This document shows, in pieces, positions 49,174 through 62,931 of a DNA stretch of 64,000 bases. The notes beneath the pieces were generated by a model. That model was not told the DNA's origin. It did no database searches and was given only the letters and a program-made list of their open reading frames with translations. This DNA is from Mobula hypostoma (taxonomy: Eukaryota): the NCBI RefSeq assembly GCF_963921235.1, contig NC_086124.1:15872001-15936000 (forward strand). Direction: 5' to 3'. The first letter of the stretch is position 1; each line of letters opens with the position of its first letter. Position numbers and translations under genes: made by a program.

Positions 49174-49358
49174 AAAACACAAGATTCTGCAGATACTGAA
49201 AATCCAGAGCAACACACAAAAACACAACTTCACGAAGGGTCTCGGCCTGAAACGTCGACTGCACCTCTTCCTACAGATGCTGCCTGGCCTGCTGCGTTCA
49301 CCAGCAACTTTGATGTGTGTTGCTTGAATTTCCAGCATCTGCAGAATTCCTGTTGTTT
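49174..49358 (+). mobile_element. Fold-back mini-PLE with partial hammerhead
   Basis: Inverted arm 49174-49220 plus acgaagggtctcggcctgaaacgtcgactg and complete tail. Confidence 0.75.
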
Positions 49359-49429
49359 GACTTCAACTAAATTACCACCTTTGTCTTTCGCTCATTTGGT
49401 TAATGCAAAGATTTGCACTTTAGGCATGT

Positions 49430-52400
49430 TGGTCATAAAGAAATACAGCATAGAAATAGGGCATTCGGCCCATCTTCTCCATGCCGAAAACCTTTAAACT
49501 GCCTACTCCCATCAAAGTGCACTGGGACTGTAGCCCTCCTAACCCTTACCCTTCATGTAGCTATTCAAACTTCTCTTAAACATGGAAATTCACTGCTTGT
49601 GCTGGCAGCTCATTCCACATTCCTACGACCCTCTGAGTAAAAATGTTTTTCCCTCATGTTCCCCTTAAACTTTTCACTTTACACCCTTAACCCACGACCA
49701 CTGATTGTAGTTGCACACAACCTCAGTGGAAAAAGCCTACTTGCGTTTAACCTGTCTATATCCCTCATGATTTTGTATACCTCTATCAAATCTAGTAGTC
49801 TTCTACATTATAAGGAATAAAGTCCTAACCTATTCAGTATTTCTTTCTTACTCGGGTCGTCCAGACCCGGCAACATCCTTCTAAATTTCCTCTATACTCG
49901 TTCAACCTTATTTACACCTTTCCTGTAGTTAAGTGACCAAAACTCCACACAATACTCCAAATTAAGCCTCACCAATGTCTTATTCACCTTTAATATAATA
50001 TCCCATCTCCTGTACTCAGTACAATTGATTCATGAAGACCAATGTGCCAAAAGCTTTCTTTATGACCCTATCGACCTGTGACACCACTTTCAATGAATTA
50101 TAGACCTGTCTTCCCAGACTACACTCCTCAGTGCCCTATTATTCACAGTGTAACACCTACCCTTGTTGGTCCTACTGAAGTGCAACACCTTGCATTACTC
50201 TGCATGAAATTCCATCTGCCATTTTCAGCCCACTTTTCCAACAGATGCAGATCCCTTTGCAGGCCAGCATAGCCTCCCTTGCTGTCCACTACATCCCCAA
50301 TCTTGGTTTCATCTGCAGATTTGCAGATCCGGTTAACCACATTATCAACCAGATCATTGATATAGATGAAAGACAACAATGGACCCTGCACCAGTCCCTG
50401 CAGCACACCAGTACTCACAGACCTCCAGTCAGAGAGGCAACCCTCCGTGACCACTCTTTGGCTTCTCGCACAAAGTCAATGTCTAATCAAATTTGCTACC
50501 TCATCTTGAATGCTGAGTGACTGAACCTTCTTGACCAAACTTCCACGCGGGACGTTGTCAACCTTTCTAAAGTCCATGTATCCAACAGCCAGTGCCTTGC
50601 CTTCATCTACTTTTCTGAGAACCTCCTCGAAAAACCATGACCTACACACATGAAGCCATGCTGACTATCCTTAATTGGTCTATGTCTATCAAACTTCTTG
50701 TATATCTGGTCCCTTAAAATAACTTCCCACAAGTGATGTCAGACTCACTGGCCTTTAATTTCCTGGTTTATGTTTAGAACCTTTCTTAAAAATTGGCCAT
50801 CATTGGCTATCCTCCATTCCTCTGGTATCCCCGCCGTCACTAAGGATGATTTAAATATCTCTGCTGGGGCCCTGGCAATTCTGCACTTGCCTGCCAAAGG
50901 GTCTGAAGGGTCACACTAGTGATTTATCAACCTTGATTTGACATCTGTAAACCTAATCTGTACCGGGTCCATGAAGTTGATGTCACTTTCACTCACTTCA
51001 ATAGACTCTGGCCGTCTCCTGAGTAAATGCAGATACAAAATATTTATTTAAGGTCTCCCCCCATCTGTTTTGGCGTCACACATGGATTACCATTATGATC
51101 TTCTAGAGGACCAATTTTGTCCCTTGTAGTCATTTTGCTCTTAACATATCTCTAAAATCCCCAAGAAAATATCCTTCACCTTCTCTACCAGAGCAACTTC
51201 AAGTCTTCTACATGTCCTCCTGGTTCTTTTTGAAGTGTTCTCCACTTGAATTTCTTATACTCCTTAAGCACCTCATTTGTTCCAACCTGCCAATATCTAT
51301 GCACCTACTTTTTTTTTCTCAATATCGCTTGAAAACCAAGATCTCTACACCTGTTATCTTTGCTTCTTATTCTGACAGGCACATACAAGTTTTGTAGTCT
51401 CAAAATTTCACTTTTTAAGTTCTCCCACTTTCTAAGTGCGTATTCGCCAGTAAACAGCCTGTCCCAATCCAAACTTGCCAGAGCATTTGTGATACCATCA
51501 AAATTGGCCTTTCTCCTATTTAGAATCTCAACCACAGACCAGACCTATCTTCTTGCATATTTACTTTGGAACTAATGGTATTGTGGTCACTGGATGCAAG
51601 GTGTTCCCCTACACAAACTTCTGTCACCTGCCCTGTCTCATTCCCTAATATCAGATGTAGTACTGCACACTCTGCCACTGGGACTTCTGCATACTAATGA
51701 ATGAAACTACTCTGAACACACTTGACAAATTCTATCCCATTTAATTCTTTTACAGTAGGGGATTCTCAATCAATATGTAGAAAGTTAAAATCACCTGCTA
51801 TAACAAAGTTATGTTTCTTACAACAGTCTGTGGTCTCTCTACAAACTTGTTCTTCTACATCCCTCGAACTGTTGTGTGGTCTGTAATATAGCCCCATTAA
51901 TGTGGCTGTACCTTTCTTATTTCTCAGTTCCAGCAGGCTGAGGGTAGCAGAAACCAACAGAATCAACAAACTCATTCGTAGGGCCAGTGATGTTGTGGGG
52001 ATGGAACTGGACTCTCTGACGTTGGTGTGTGAAAAGAGGATGCTGTCCAAGTTGCATGCCATCTTGGACAATGTCTCCCATGTACTACGTAATGTACTGG
52101 TTGGCCACAGGAGTACATTCAGCCAGAGACTCATTCCACTGAAATGCAACACAGAGCGTCATAGGAAGTCATTCCTGCCTGTGGCCATCAAACTTTACAA
52201 CTCTTCCCTTGGAGGGTCAGACAGCCTGAGCCAATAGGCTGGTCCTGGACTTATTTACTGGCATAATTTACATATTACTATTTAACTATTTATGGTTTTA
52301 TTACTATTTATTATTTATGGTGCAACTGTAATGAAAATCAATTTCCCCTGGGATCAATAAAGTATGACTACAACGATGACTACTATGACTAATACCTCAC

Positions 52401-52890
52401 TAGAAGAGTTCTCCAGTCTGTCCCGAGGGAGCACTGCCATGATATTTTTCCTGACTAGTTACATCACCCCTCTTCCTTTAATCCCTCTCACTCCTTCACA
52501 TCTAAAACAACAGAACCCTGGAATATTGAGCTGCGAGTCCAGCCTGTCTTGCTACCAAGCTACAATATCAAAATTCCAGGTGTTGATCCATGCCCTGAAC
52601 TCGTCTGCTATTCCTACGATATTCCTTGTATTGAAATATACACAGCTCAGGACACCAGTCACACCATGCTCAACCTTTTGATTCCTCACTTCTTCTGAGG
52701 TCTTCCCAACATCTGTCTCCGCAATCTTTCCAATAACTCTTCTGGCACTCTGGTTCCCATCCCCCTGCAACTCTAGTTTAAACCCCACCATGCAGCATTA
52801 ACAAACCTTCCTGTCAGGATATTAGTCCCCTTCTAGCTCAGGTGGAAACTACCTCCTCTGCACAGTTTCCAATTTGCCTGGAAGAGAGCC
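49430..52890 (-). mobile_element. CR1 element, ORF1 end through ORF2 with internal deletions
   Basis: LSCVYFNTRNIVG (EN start), VIAGDFN, STGVLQGLVQGPLLSFIYINDL..KSADETKIG, CR1 tail near 49435. Confidence 0.85.
51932..52390 (+). mobile_element. Rex1/Babar 3' fragment nested in CR1
   Basis: NRINKLIRRASDVVG..TERHRKSFLPVAIKLYN; AATAAA and ATGACT-type tail. Confidence 0.8.
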
Positions 52891-54764
52891 CAGTGATCTC
52901 ATAACTGTCATGCTGTTTTTGTAGTTTATCATAAGTTTCATGTTTCTTTTGATTCGTAAAAGATTTTACTTGTCCTGTTAACTCTTTCAGTCGCTCACAC
53001 ATTCGATCAAACTGACCACACGGTCTTATCACTAAATCAGTAGTAGTCATTTCCTGACAATATCATCAGGAGCCACATTTTATTAGGTTCATCATTGATG
53101 GTATATTTCAATAACCTTATCAAACTTAAATGTTTCGCAATTTTGCCCACTGTTTTAATTCAATCTGAAGTATGTACTTTGCCCATGATCTCAAAATTTT
53201 AACAGGTTGTCCTGCAACACAAATTTAGTTATTTTCCCCATGCTCTACCAGTTTGCCTGAATTTAGTAGCTTTTTCAATCTGTGCTCCTCTGCTTCTATG
53301 ATTTCAATGTTTTGATTGCTCTGAGCTCTGAATCATGCCAACTACATCATTTGACATATTTTGGTGTTTAAGTCCAACCGTCTTTTAGAAGTCAGGAATG
53401 AGGCATAAAACTGGTTGCTTCACAATTGTTTTATTAAAAGTTAATAGAACAGGAACAGAACAGTGACAGGGGTCTACTACTTGAAGGAGAGAGAGAAAAA
53501 CAAAAGATGGCACCCAGCAAAAAGCAACTACTTCTATACCCAAAGATAAGAAAAATTCCATTCGGATCTATAGACAATGATCCAATTAGAATGTACTTGT
53601 CAGTGCTGCAGTAAAACTTAACCAATGAAGAAACACTTACTCACTTAATGAATTGCAAAGAAGCTCCAGAATTCTACTTTGTACAACCATTAGAGACATA
53701 TTAAACTGTTAAGCATACAAAGGCTACTTCAAATACAAGTAGATAATTATTTGTTAAACTGCAAATAAAATGACAATAAAAATTAAACAATTGGATCCAA
53801 CAGATTCTCGGCACCTGCACACTCAATTCGTAGCAATAGTACATTCTAAACCTCTCAGGGTTCTGGGTAAGAGCAGTGCCATTGAAAGGGGGCTTCCTGT
53901 AAGGTCTTAGCCCAAAATATCTACTGTTTATTCCCATCCATAGATGCCGCCTGATCTGCTGAGCTCCTTCACCACATTGTGTGCATAGATTTCCAGCATC
54001 TGCAGTACCTCCTGTGTGTATCAACCAGTCAATATTTTTACGAGAACACAACAAACAATTTAAAACAACAAGCTCCCACAAGCAATATACCCTCTGTCAA
54101 CAGGCATAGTGTGTCAAATTTCAACCCAGTTCTTTACTCTATCAATCGGCTTCCAGAAGTCGCTACTCTGCCATTCATTGCAACACCCCCCACTCCCACC
54201 GGCTGTTTCCCTGCTCATCATTATGTGCTCTTACTACTGTCCAGAGTCCCAAACTCTGCCCTGTCCTGACCTGCCTCTGGTTTCCAACTCTACTCCATTG
54301 AACGTCCAACTAATGATTCCCCAATCTGCTTTCAGACTTTGGAGAGCAGTGGTGTGTTCTAAGAACCCGACTGTGTGAGACAGAGCCCTTGAGAAGCTGT
54401 GAAGATGGCCCATAATGTTGAAAAGAGCAGGGAAGTAGGAGGTTAGCTGTCAATGACATTCTTCCTCAGCCCAGAAATATGCTAAATGAAGAACATATCA
54501 GACATAACTACAGTCAGCTCATCTTCTTTCATTCTGCAAAAAGTCGCGCAGGAAATTCAAGGGAAACCTCACCCACAGAGTGGTGATTATTTGGATCCCA
54601 TCACCACAGGAAAAGGCAGAGGCGAACAGCAGGGATGGATTTAAAAGGACTATCGAGGTAGAGAAAGTCTGGCAGGGAGCAGCTGGGCTGAGTTGATTCC
54701 CTACTGTACACTGTAGGTGTTGTAGTTTCACCAGGTACCTGAGACGAGCTTAAAATAGAACTGA

Positions 54765-54770
54765 TTTATT
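54765..54770 (-). terminator. Candidate polyA signal of the ZNF gene
   Basis: AATAAA on - strand about 205 nt after the stop codon. Confidence 0.5.
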
Positions 54771-54974
54771 AGTCACAGATCCAGAATATTAAACTCCAAT
54801 CCCATTAAAGGCAAACATCAACAGAGGAAACTCCTTTCATGCCCAGTGACAAGAGTGCAGAACTGGGTGTGATGAACAGCAGCAATAACTGCAGAGTTTG
54901 GCACCAACAGTCATCTTTGAACTTGCCTCCGGATTCAGCAATCGCAGTGGTTAAATATCCAGAATGCAACTTAT

Positions 54975-55907
54975 TTAAACTTTTCCCCCCGTGTGAACCC
55001 GATAGTGTGTCACAAGGTTGGATGACCGAGTGAATTCCTTCCCACATTCAGAGCAGGTGAATGGTCTCTTCCCAGTATGAACTCGGTAGTGTGTCACAAG
55101 GTTGGATGAGTGAGTGAATCCTTTCCCACATTCAGAGCAGGTGAATGGTCTCTCCCCCGTGTGAACCCGGTAGTGTGCCACAAGGGTGGATGACTGAGTG
55201 AATCCCTTCCCACAGTCAGAGCAGATGAATGGCCTCTCTCCAGTGTGAACTCGGTGGTGTATCTGCAGACTAGATTGCTGAGTGAATGCCTTACCACAGT
55301 CTGAGCAGGTGAATGGCTTCTCCCCAGTGTGAACTCGCTGATGTATCTTCAGTTGAGATGACCGAATAAATTCCTTCCCACAGTCTGAGCAAATGAACGA
55401 TCTCTCCCCAGTATGAACTGACTGGTGTGCTAACAGGTCAGAGGATCGAGTGAATCCTTTCCCACAGTCTGAGCACGTGAACGGCCTCTCCCCAGTGTGA
55501 ACTCGCTGATGTAGCTTCAGATGAGATGACCGAGTGAACCCTTTTCCACAGTCTGAGCAGATGAATGGTCTCTCCCCAGTGTGAATTGACTGGTGTGCTC
55601 GTAGGTCAGATGACCAAGTGAATGTCTTCCCACAGTCTGAGCAGGTGAATGGCCTCTCTCCAGTGTGAAGTCGCTGGTGTGTCTGCAGGCTGGATGACTG
55701 AGTAAATGCCCTACCACAGTCCGAGCAGGTGAACGGTCTCTCCCCGGTGTGAACTCGGTGATGTAGCTTCAGTTCAGATGGCCGAGTGAACCCCTTCCCA
55801 CAGTCTGAGCAGGTGAATGGCCTCTCCCCAGTGTGAAGTCGCTGATGTATCTTCAATTGATATGAGTCAGGAAATCCCTTCACACAATCTGAACAGGTAA
55901 ACGGCAT
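54975..55907 (-). CDS. C2H2 tandem zinc-finger protein, 11 fingers from the first in-frame ATG (310 aa), no KRAB or other effector domain
   Basis: Repeated F(T/I)CS(D/E)CG..F.....L..H...HTGERP; ATG at 55907; one more intact finger just upstream of the ATG. Confidence 0.85.
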   Translation of the reverse strand: MPFTCSDCVKGFPDSYQLKIHQRLHTGERPFTCSDCGKGFTRPSELKLHHRVHTGERPFTCSDCGRAFTQSSSLQTHQRLHTGERPFTCSDCGKTFTWSSDLRAHQSIHTGERPFICSDCGKGFTRSSHLKLHQRVHTGERPFTCSDCGKGFTRSSDLLAHQSVHTGERSFICSDCGKEFIRSSQLKIHQRVHTGEKPFTCSDCGKAFTQQSSLQIHHRVHTGERPFICSDCGKGFTQSSTLVAHYRVHTGERPFTCSECGKGFTHSSNLVTHYRVHTGKRPFTCSECGKEFTRSSNLVTHYRVHTGGKV

Positions 55908-56343
55908 CTCCACAGTATGAAAACGCTTGTGTGTCAGAAGACCAGATGATGGTGTGAATCTTTTCCCACACACACAACAGTTGAATGGTCACTCTCCCTT
56001 GGGAACTCACTGGAGCGACAGCAGGTTGCCTGAGTGAGTGAATCTCTTCCCAGACATGGGATAGGTGAACAGTCTCTCACAGGTGTGAATTTTCTGATGT
56101 ATTTCCAGCTTGGCTGACAAAATTAATTAATTCCCGCAGACAGAACAGGTGAATCCTTTCATATATGGTGTGAACGGGCTAATATTTCTTCAGGCTGGAT
56201 AACTGAGTACATTCCTCACCCACACAGCAGGTGACTTGCCTCTCTCCATATTAAACTCACTGGGGTGTCTGCGAACCGGCGGCTGCGTGAGTGAACTCCT
56301 TGTGTTTGAGATTCCCAGATACAAATTCTTTGCTGTTTCAATC

Positions 56344-56937
56344 CTGTAAAAAAAAAATTACAAAAGACATTGATGGGTGAAGAACATTCCAGATGAGATA
56401 AGTATAGTCTCTATGGTGAGCTCTGATAGCACATTGTTACAACGAGGTAGTTTTTTCCAAGAACTAAAGCAGATGAAGGAATTTTGTTTTTTATCCACGC
56501 AGCACTGACATTTTCCTAGACTGGAGGGTAGAGAGAGTCAGAATTATAATTTTCTCAGACTTGGATTTAGATAGCTGGAGCCTGGCAGTGTCTGAGAGAT
56601 CCGTTTGATCCCATTTACTCTACCTGCGCTTCCAAATACATCCTACAAAAAGTTGGGAAAGCGTTGGTAGTGGTATCCATGGCTGTCTCTGTACCCAGAA
56701 ACCCCCACGAAGAGAGAGACCCCTCTATCCTGCCACTGTTGCAGCGATGCGCATGTGCTGCAGACATGACGGCAAACCTTCGCTCATCAGCAGAAACCTG
56801 GGACTAAGAAAATTGGAATAAACCGAAACTGTCTCGGGGTGCAGAGCTACGGTGAGTCCGGCCTCACAGAAATTGCTTCTCAATTGCGGTGCTCACGCCG
56901 ATACCAATGAAACCCCCAACCGGAACGCCGTTCTTAC
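56344..56937 (-). other. Predicted intron 1 of the ZNF gene
   Basis: Donor CAG|GTAAGA at 56938/56937; poly-T tract with ACAG|G acceptor at 56344/56343. Confidence 0.6.
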
Positions 56938-57070
56938 CTGCGACCGATTCTGCAGACCCTTTTCTCCACTGAGCGCATGCGCGAATTCGGAGCTGTCTGT
57001 GACCCTTACGCCTGCGCGTTTTATCGTTGGGTCTCGCCGGCGAATTGTGCATCACGAAGGTTACTGGGTA
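56730..57070. promoter_or_regulatory. CpG-rich promoter region with NRF1-type motifs
   Basis: TGCGCATGTGC near 56748, GCGCATGCGC 56973-56982, CGCCTGCGCG near 57009. Confidence 0.65.
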
Positions 57071-57789
57071 AGCAAGGTTCAAAGCGTATTTATTATTAAA
57101 GCCTGGAGAAATTATACAACTTTGGGATTTATCTGTCTACAGATAGCCACAAAGCGAGAAACCCGAAGGAACTTAATTAAAACTCAGAAAGACCAACATT
57201 CATTGCGCTTAGCGCCGAACAGTTTACTGAACCAGATTGAGTTATTAGATCCGAATCCCTGGAATAGGCCCGAGCCTTGGTCTCAGCTCATCATATTAGC
57301 GGTGGAAACCGCCGGTAAGCTTGCAGAGAGGAAACGCAACAGCCTGGGGTAGACTCATAGCCTCAGCGTCGCGGAATGAACATTGCGAGAGAGCGTGGGA
57401 AATCGGCCCAACCCTCCCCTCCGGTCCCGATACCCTGCCTTTGTAGGCTATCTGGGCCGGTTTTTTTTTTATTGTCCAAACAACTGATTGTGCCTCACCG
57501 CAGCAAAACGCTCTGGGCCAAGACCACGGCACCAGCCCGAAGCAACGGGCTACCAGTACGGCTCATCCCTCGAAATCGCTCACCTCATCATTGTTTGCCT
57601 TGACAATTTACCACGATTTACTGCATAATATGTTGTTATATGCTTTACTCAAATTTCGTTCCTTTGGGACTAGCAGTAAGCTGTCACTCACCTTCAGGAA
57701 CATGATCTTAAACCGAAAATTCTGCGAATAGTGTCCATAAGCACAGGGTCCACACCACATGCCGCAAAAATATTCAGTTTTTATGTAGA

Positions 57790-59700
57790 GTACTTTGCAG
57801 CTTCTTTAACGTAGGAAGCTCCCACAAACAATCCTGCCCTAGTTTAACATAGCAAAGTGCAGTACCTTACACTGTCCAAATTGCAATCTATCCGCCATTC
57901 TTTGTCCATTGCCCCATTTCATCGAGATCCCATTGTAACCTTAGATAAACAGCTTCACTGTGCCCTACATCCCCAGTTTTAGTGTTAGCTGTGAACATAT
58001 TGATAGTGTTAAAAAAAATGTTAATATAGATGGCAAACAACAGTGGGCCCAGCACTGATCCCTCTGGCACATTAGTCACAGACCTCCAATTCTCCAACAT
58101 CAACTGCCGTCTCCTTCCATGAAGAGAAATTTGCACCCATTGGCTTGCTCACCCCGGATTCCACGTGAACTGAGCTTCCAGACCATTCTACCTTGCAGGA
58201 CCTCACAAAAGGCCTTGCTGAAGTCTGTGGAGACAATGTGTCAATCCTCTTGTTCACCTCTCCAAAGAAAAAACTCAGATTGATGAGACACAATTTCCCG
58301 TATGCAAAGCCAGGCTGATGATCCCTAATTAGTCTTTGCCCTTTCATTGTTGGAAACATTCTTGTGAACCTCTTCAGGGCTCTTTCCAATTCTACTGCAT
58401 CCCTTAGATGAGAGGCCAAAACTGTTGATAATACTTGCAAGTGCATTCTGCTCCTCTCAAAATGAATACTAGTGTTTCGTTTCCCTTTAATACAAACGAA
58501 TCAATGGCTGCAGGGAGTCCTGCACAAGAATTTGCAAGTGACATATCAGATTGGAATTCTGGTTTGAGAGGGCGCTGATGAAGTACAGTGATTACTTGCT
58601 AGCGGCAAATGAAACAAAGAAAACAATTAAATATTAATCATACTTTTTCTGGTAAGTGGCCATTGCCAACAATATACTAACTTCCCTGTAAGATTGATGC
58701 TGTTGAGTTGCCTGTAGCATCTGGTATTTTTGCGGTGGGAACTGAAGTCCCAAAGGTGCAGAACGATTGCTTTGTGGAGTGTGAGGGCCCAGTCGAGACG
58801 GCGAGGTCTGGACTGGTGAGCGGGGAATTGGCCAAGTATGGCCATTGCTGGTGCGGACTTGGAGGCAATGAGATCCGGCAGAATCGTGTCGAGGTTGATG
58901 GATTTCTTTAGATTTAATGGGATCTATTGGGGTTTCTTTGTTTTGTGGCTGCCTGTAAGGAAACAAATCTCGAGGTTGTAAATAGTATACAACCTTGATA
59001 ATAAATGTACTTTGCTAATATCTGTGGTTGATTAAGCATTCTTATTTGTTTAAATAACTGTAGGTGACTGCAAGGGTAAAAAGACCCTGGTGGGTGTTCT
59101 TTACTGGCCTCCGAATGTAGCCACAATGTGGTATACAAGTTACAATGGGAAATAGAAAAGTCGCGTCAAAAAGGAAAAGTTATGTTAGTCAAAGTGTAGG
59201 CAGATTAGGAAAAAAGTAGCATTTGATGCTGGATCCCAAAGGACAGAATTTGAAGAATACCTGTGAGATGGCTTTTTAGAGCAGCTTATCATTGAGCACA
59301 CTAGGAGATGGGCAATTTTGGATTGGGTGTTATGTAATAACCCAGATTTGATTAGGAAGCTTCAGGTAATAGAACCCTTGGAAGACCGTGATTATATTTT
59401 GTAAGAATTCACCCTGCTGTTTGAGAAGGAGAATCTAAAATCAGACATACCACTATTATCGTGGAGTAAAGGGAATTACAGAGGCATGAGAGATTAGTTG
59501 GCCAAAGTTGATTGGATTCTATCAATGATGATGTCAGAACAGCAATGGTTGAGTTTCTGGGAGAAATTAAAAAGGTACAGGTAAGATGCTTGCCAGAGAT
59601 AAAGAAGTATTCTAAAGGACATCTGAGGCCACTGAGGCTGCCAACAGGTCATAGACAGCATAAAAGTAAATGGGAGGCATATAATATCACAAAAATTGTT
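57790..59700. mobile_element. CR1 fragments (57790-58480 minus, 59050-59700 plus) and a Rex-tailed element (~58640-59015)
   Basis: VPEGSVLGPLLFAIYIN RT motif; EN-region AILDWVLCN; ttgataataaatgtacttt tail. Confidence 0.6.
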
Positions 59701-60106
59701 GGTCGTAGGGCCTGTAATGTGCTGTACTATTCTATGTTCTATGTTCTTTGTAACATATAGCATTTTTCTTATTGCTTCCATAGTAATGAAAACACATATC
59801 AACACTTTTTCGGACACAGCTCAGAGTGGATGATATATACTCATATCTATTGGAAATTCAATATAGATTTATTAATAACTGTAAAAGGGTCCCTAATGTC
59901 TATCAGAGCGCTAAGGCTTTCAGTTAGATTTGCATGAGATATGTCATTGGGAAAATAGGAAGCAATGATAGAAAACTCTGATAGAATAGGACTGAATGAT
60001 CTCCCTCTCTGTCATGAGGAGCTGTGACCTGTTTCAATGATTTTGCTTCGATGAGATCGCCTCCATTCTGTGACTAATCTTAAGGCTAAATATAATATAA
60101 TATAAT

Positions 60107-60990
60107 TGTTACGCACCCCGTAACTGGGTTGTCAAACCAGTAGAAATGGAACACTCGTTGGTGTCTGTGATTACTAGAAACTAATAAAGTTTTTTTTAGT
60201 TTAGAAAATAAGTAATACAGTATACTAACCGCAAGGATATAAATGTAACAGCTTAGAGATGATAGTATACACATATACACAGAAATAGGGTAATAGGAAT
60301 CAACCAAGCTCTATCGCAGTCTAGGGGTAAATTGTCAGTCTTAAGGTGAAGCAGAGTTCAGTTCAGTTTACTGTGGTTCGAAGTAATCGCTGTTGTTGTA
60401 CCGTTGGGGGGGGTGAGGTGGAGAGAGGGAGAGAGAGAATGAGAGATACGGTTGAGGTTTCAGGCAAACCTTTCGATGCCTTCTGATCCCGTTGTGGTCG
60501 CCGACTGTGACCCCTCCGTTCCGGATGCGATCGTTCTTTCATGGTGAACCCGGCACACAGGCATGGGCGGACACACAACAGGTTCCCACCGGTCGTAACT
60601 TTACACTCTGTGAGCCTCTGACCGATTTCCGCGAATCGGTCCTCCAAGCTCTCACCAACTTGTGGGGCACAATGCTCTTTCCAGGGTCTCGTGGCGTGTG
60701 TGTCTGTGCCTTAGCAAACCTGCTATTTTATCCTCCCCCTGATGGGGTATCACCTGTCCATCAAACTTCACACTTCCTATTGTCTCAGAAGGATTGTTAA
60801 TGAGCAGTTCAGGTTCAACGCAAACTGTCTGTGGCAGACGCCAACATACTGAATTGTGTGTGTGTCTCTCTCTCGTTATCTCTCTCTTCTCTCTTATTAG
60901 TATTTTGAATGGCTCTCCCTTATCTCTCGTTATCTCTCTCTCTCATTAACGGCATCTGTTCTGCAGCTCTGCTTGGCTTCACACATGACA
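60107..60990 (-). mobile_element. Solo LTR, family B (884 bp), 4-bp TSD TAAT, in a (TATAA)n tract
   Basis: TGTTAC...ATGACA termini; TAAT at 60103-60106 and 60991-60994; strand inferred. Confidence 0.75.
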
Positions 60991-61004
60991 TAATATAATA
61001 TAAT

Positions 61005-62890
61005 CTGCACGATATGAACCCAGCTGCAGCTCTTTACATGCGTGTTAGAGAACTGCAGCTCCATCTGGCTGACCTTCGGCTCGTACGGGAGAATGACGAT
61101 GTGGTAAATAGGAGCAAAAGTGACATAGTCACCTGTAGGTTGCAGCATCCGTGTAGCAGGTAGTCAGAAGAGGGATAGCAAATTGAAAGTGTGCAGACTA
61201 CCCTTCTGGTCATTCCCCTCATTAATAACTCTACCACTTTCGATACCGTTGCGGAAGGAGGAGCTAATGACGTCAGCAGCATCTGAGTCTCTGGTTCTTG
61301 AGTCTGGCTCTGGCTCAGAGGGGAATGGGGAAGAAAGGGAGTGCAGTGGTAATGGGGGATTCCGTAGTTAGAAGAGCAGACAGGAGAGTTTGTGGATATG
61401 AAGGAGACATCACGATGGTATGTTGCCAACCAGGTGCCGGGGTCAGGGACGTGTCCGATCAGGTCCACAGCAGACAGAGGGACACTGAATAACCAGAAGT
61501 CGTGGAACATGTTGGTACCAACGATATAAGTAAGAAAAGGGATGGGGTCCTGAAGCTGCAACAAGGGGATTTAGGTAGAAAGCAGGACGTCATATGCAGT
61601 TTTTTCTGTATACCGGCCTGTACCACGCGTCAGTGAGAGTAAGAAAAGGATGTGTAGGCAGGTGAATGTGTGGCTGAGAAATTGGGTCAAGCCTTCATAT
61701 TTCTGGATCACTGGGATTTTCTTTGGGAAACATATGACCTGTACAAACAGGATCCGTTCCACCTGAAATTGGGTGGGGCAGTGTTGCGCAAGTTTGCCGC
61801 AACTGTTGGATAGCGTTTAAAGAAATTGACAGGGAATTTGGAACCAGAGTGATCGGGCGGAGGACGGGGCAGTTAATATACAAATAGGTGCAGTGTGTAG
61901 TGAGATGGTGAAGAAGGATAGAAAGTTGATCCAGCAAAATTGTAGTCAGTGGGATGCGTTAAAATGGGCCTTTAATCGAAATAGTAGGTTCAACAGTTCA
62001 ACGGTTTGCAGAAGTAAGAATACCGGAAGGAAAGTGCCGGGGAAGTTGCAAAATCTCAAGACAAAATAAATAGACGTAAAGGTTTAGAAATCGATAGGAA
62101 TTTAACCTCTGGTAACAGGAACCTAAGGAAAACTGAAAACAAATACAGGACTGCATGTGTTGTATTTCAAGGCACGCAGCATACAAGGTCGATGATCTTG
62201 TAGAGCAGATGGGGACTGGCAGGTACGACGTTGTAGGCGTCACCGAGTCATGGATGAAAAAAGATCAGTAGTTGACAGTCTAACAGGAAAGGATACATAT
62301 TTTGACTAAAGATGGGCAGTTAGGCTGAGGGGAGGTGGGTGACGCTGTTGGCAAAAGATGAAACCAAAACCTTATAAAAACTTAACATGGGATAGGAAGA
62401 TGTAGAATCCTCGTGGGTAGTTTAAGAAACTACAAAGTCAGAAAGACCCTCATGGCTTCCAAACAGTAGTAGGATTTGGGGTACAAATTGAAACGGAAGA
62501 TAGAAGACGCATGTAAAATGGGCAATGGTGCGATAGTCACGAGAGAGTTTGATACGCGGGTAAACATCAAGGGTTGAAGTTTTAGGGAACTATTCAGAAA
62601 ACCCAGGTGAGATACATTACAAAGAAGAATACTAAAGGCAGGATGCCACCACCGCAGCTGACAAGGGAAGTCAAACACAGCATAAAAGCAAAAGAGAGGG
62701 CAGAGAATATATCAAAATTAAGTGGGAAGCGAAAGGTTTGGGAAACATTTAAAAACCGACAGAAGACAAGCAAAAGATATAAAGGAGATAAAAGATGAAA
62801 TATGAAGATGAGATGCCGATAGTGTAAATGAGGACACCAAGGTCTTTCTTTTCGCAGATACATAAAATCTAAAAGAGAGCTAACAGTGAA
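61005..62890 (+). mobile_element. CR1 5' part: ORF1 esterase (SGNH) remnant and ORF2 start
   Basis: AVVMGDSVVRRADRRVCG..MVCCQPGAGVRDV, then catgttggtaccaacga (HVGTND); EN start YDVVGVTESW. Confidence 0.8.
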
Positions 62891-62931
62891 TAAGCTCCTC
62901 AGACAATTCGACTGTCCTTCTGTGCACCCAC

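Noticed and set aside
52890-54500. Possible unique exons or gag remnant
   Set aside because: No recognisable protein motif or consistent splice structure by eye.
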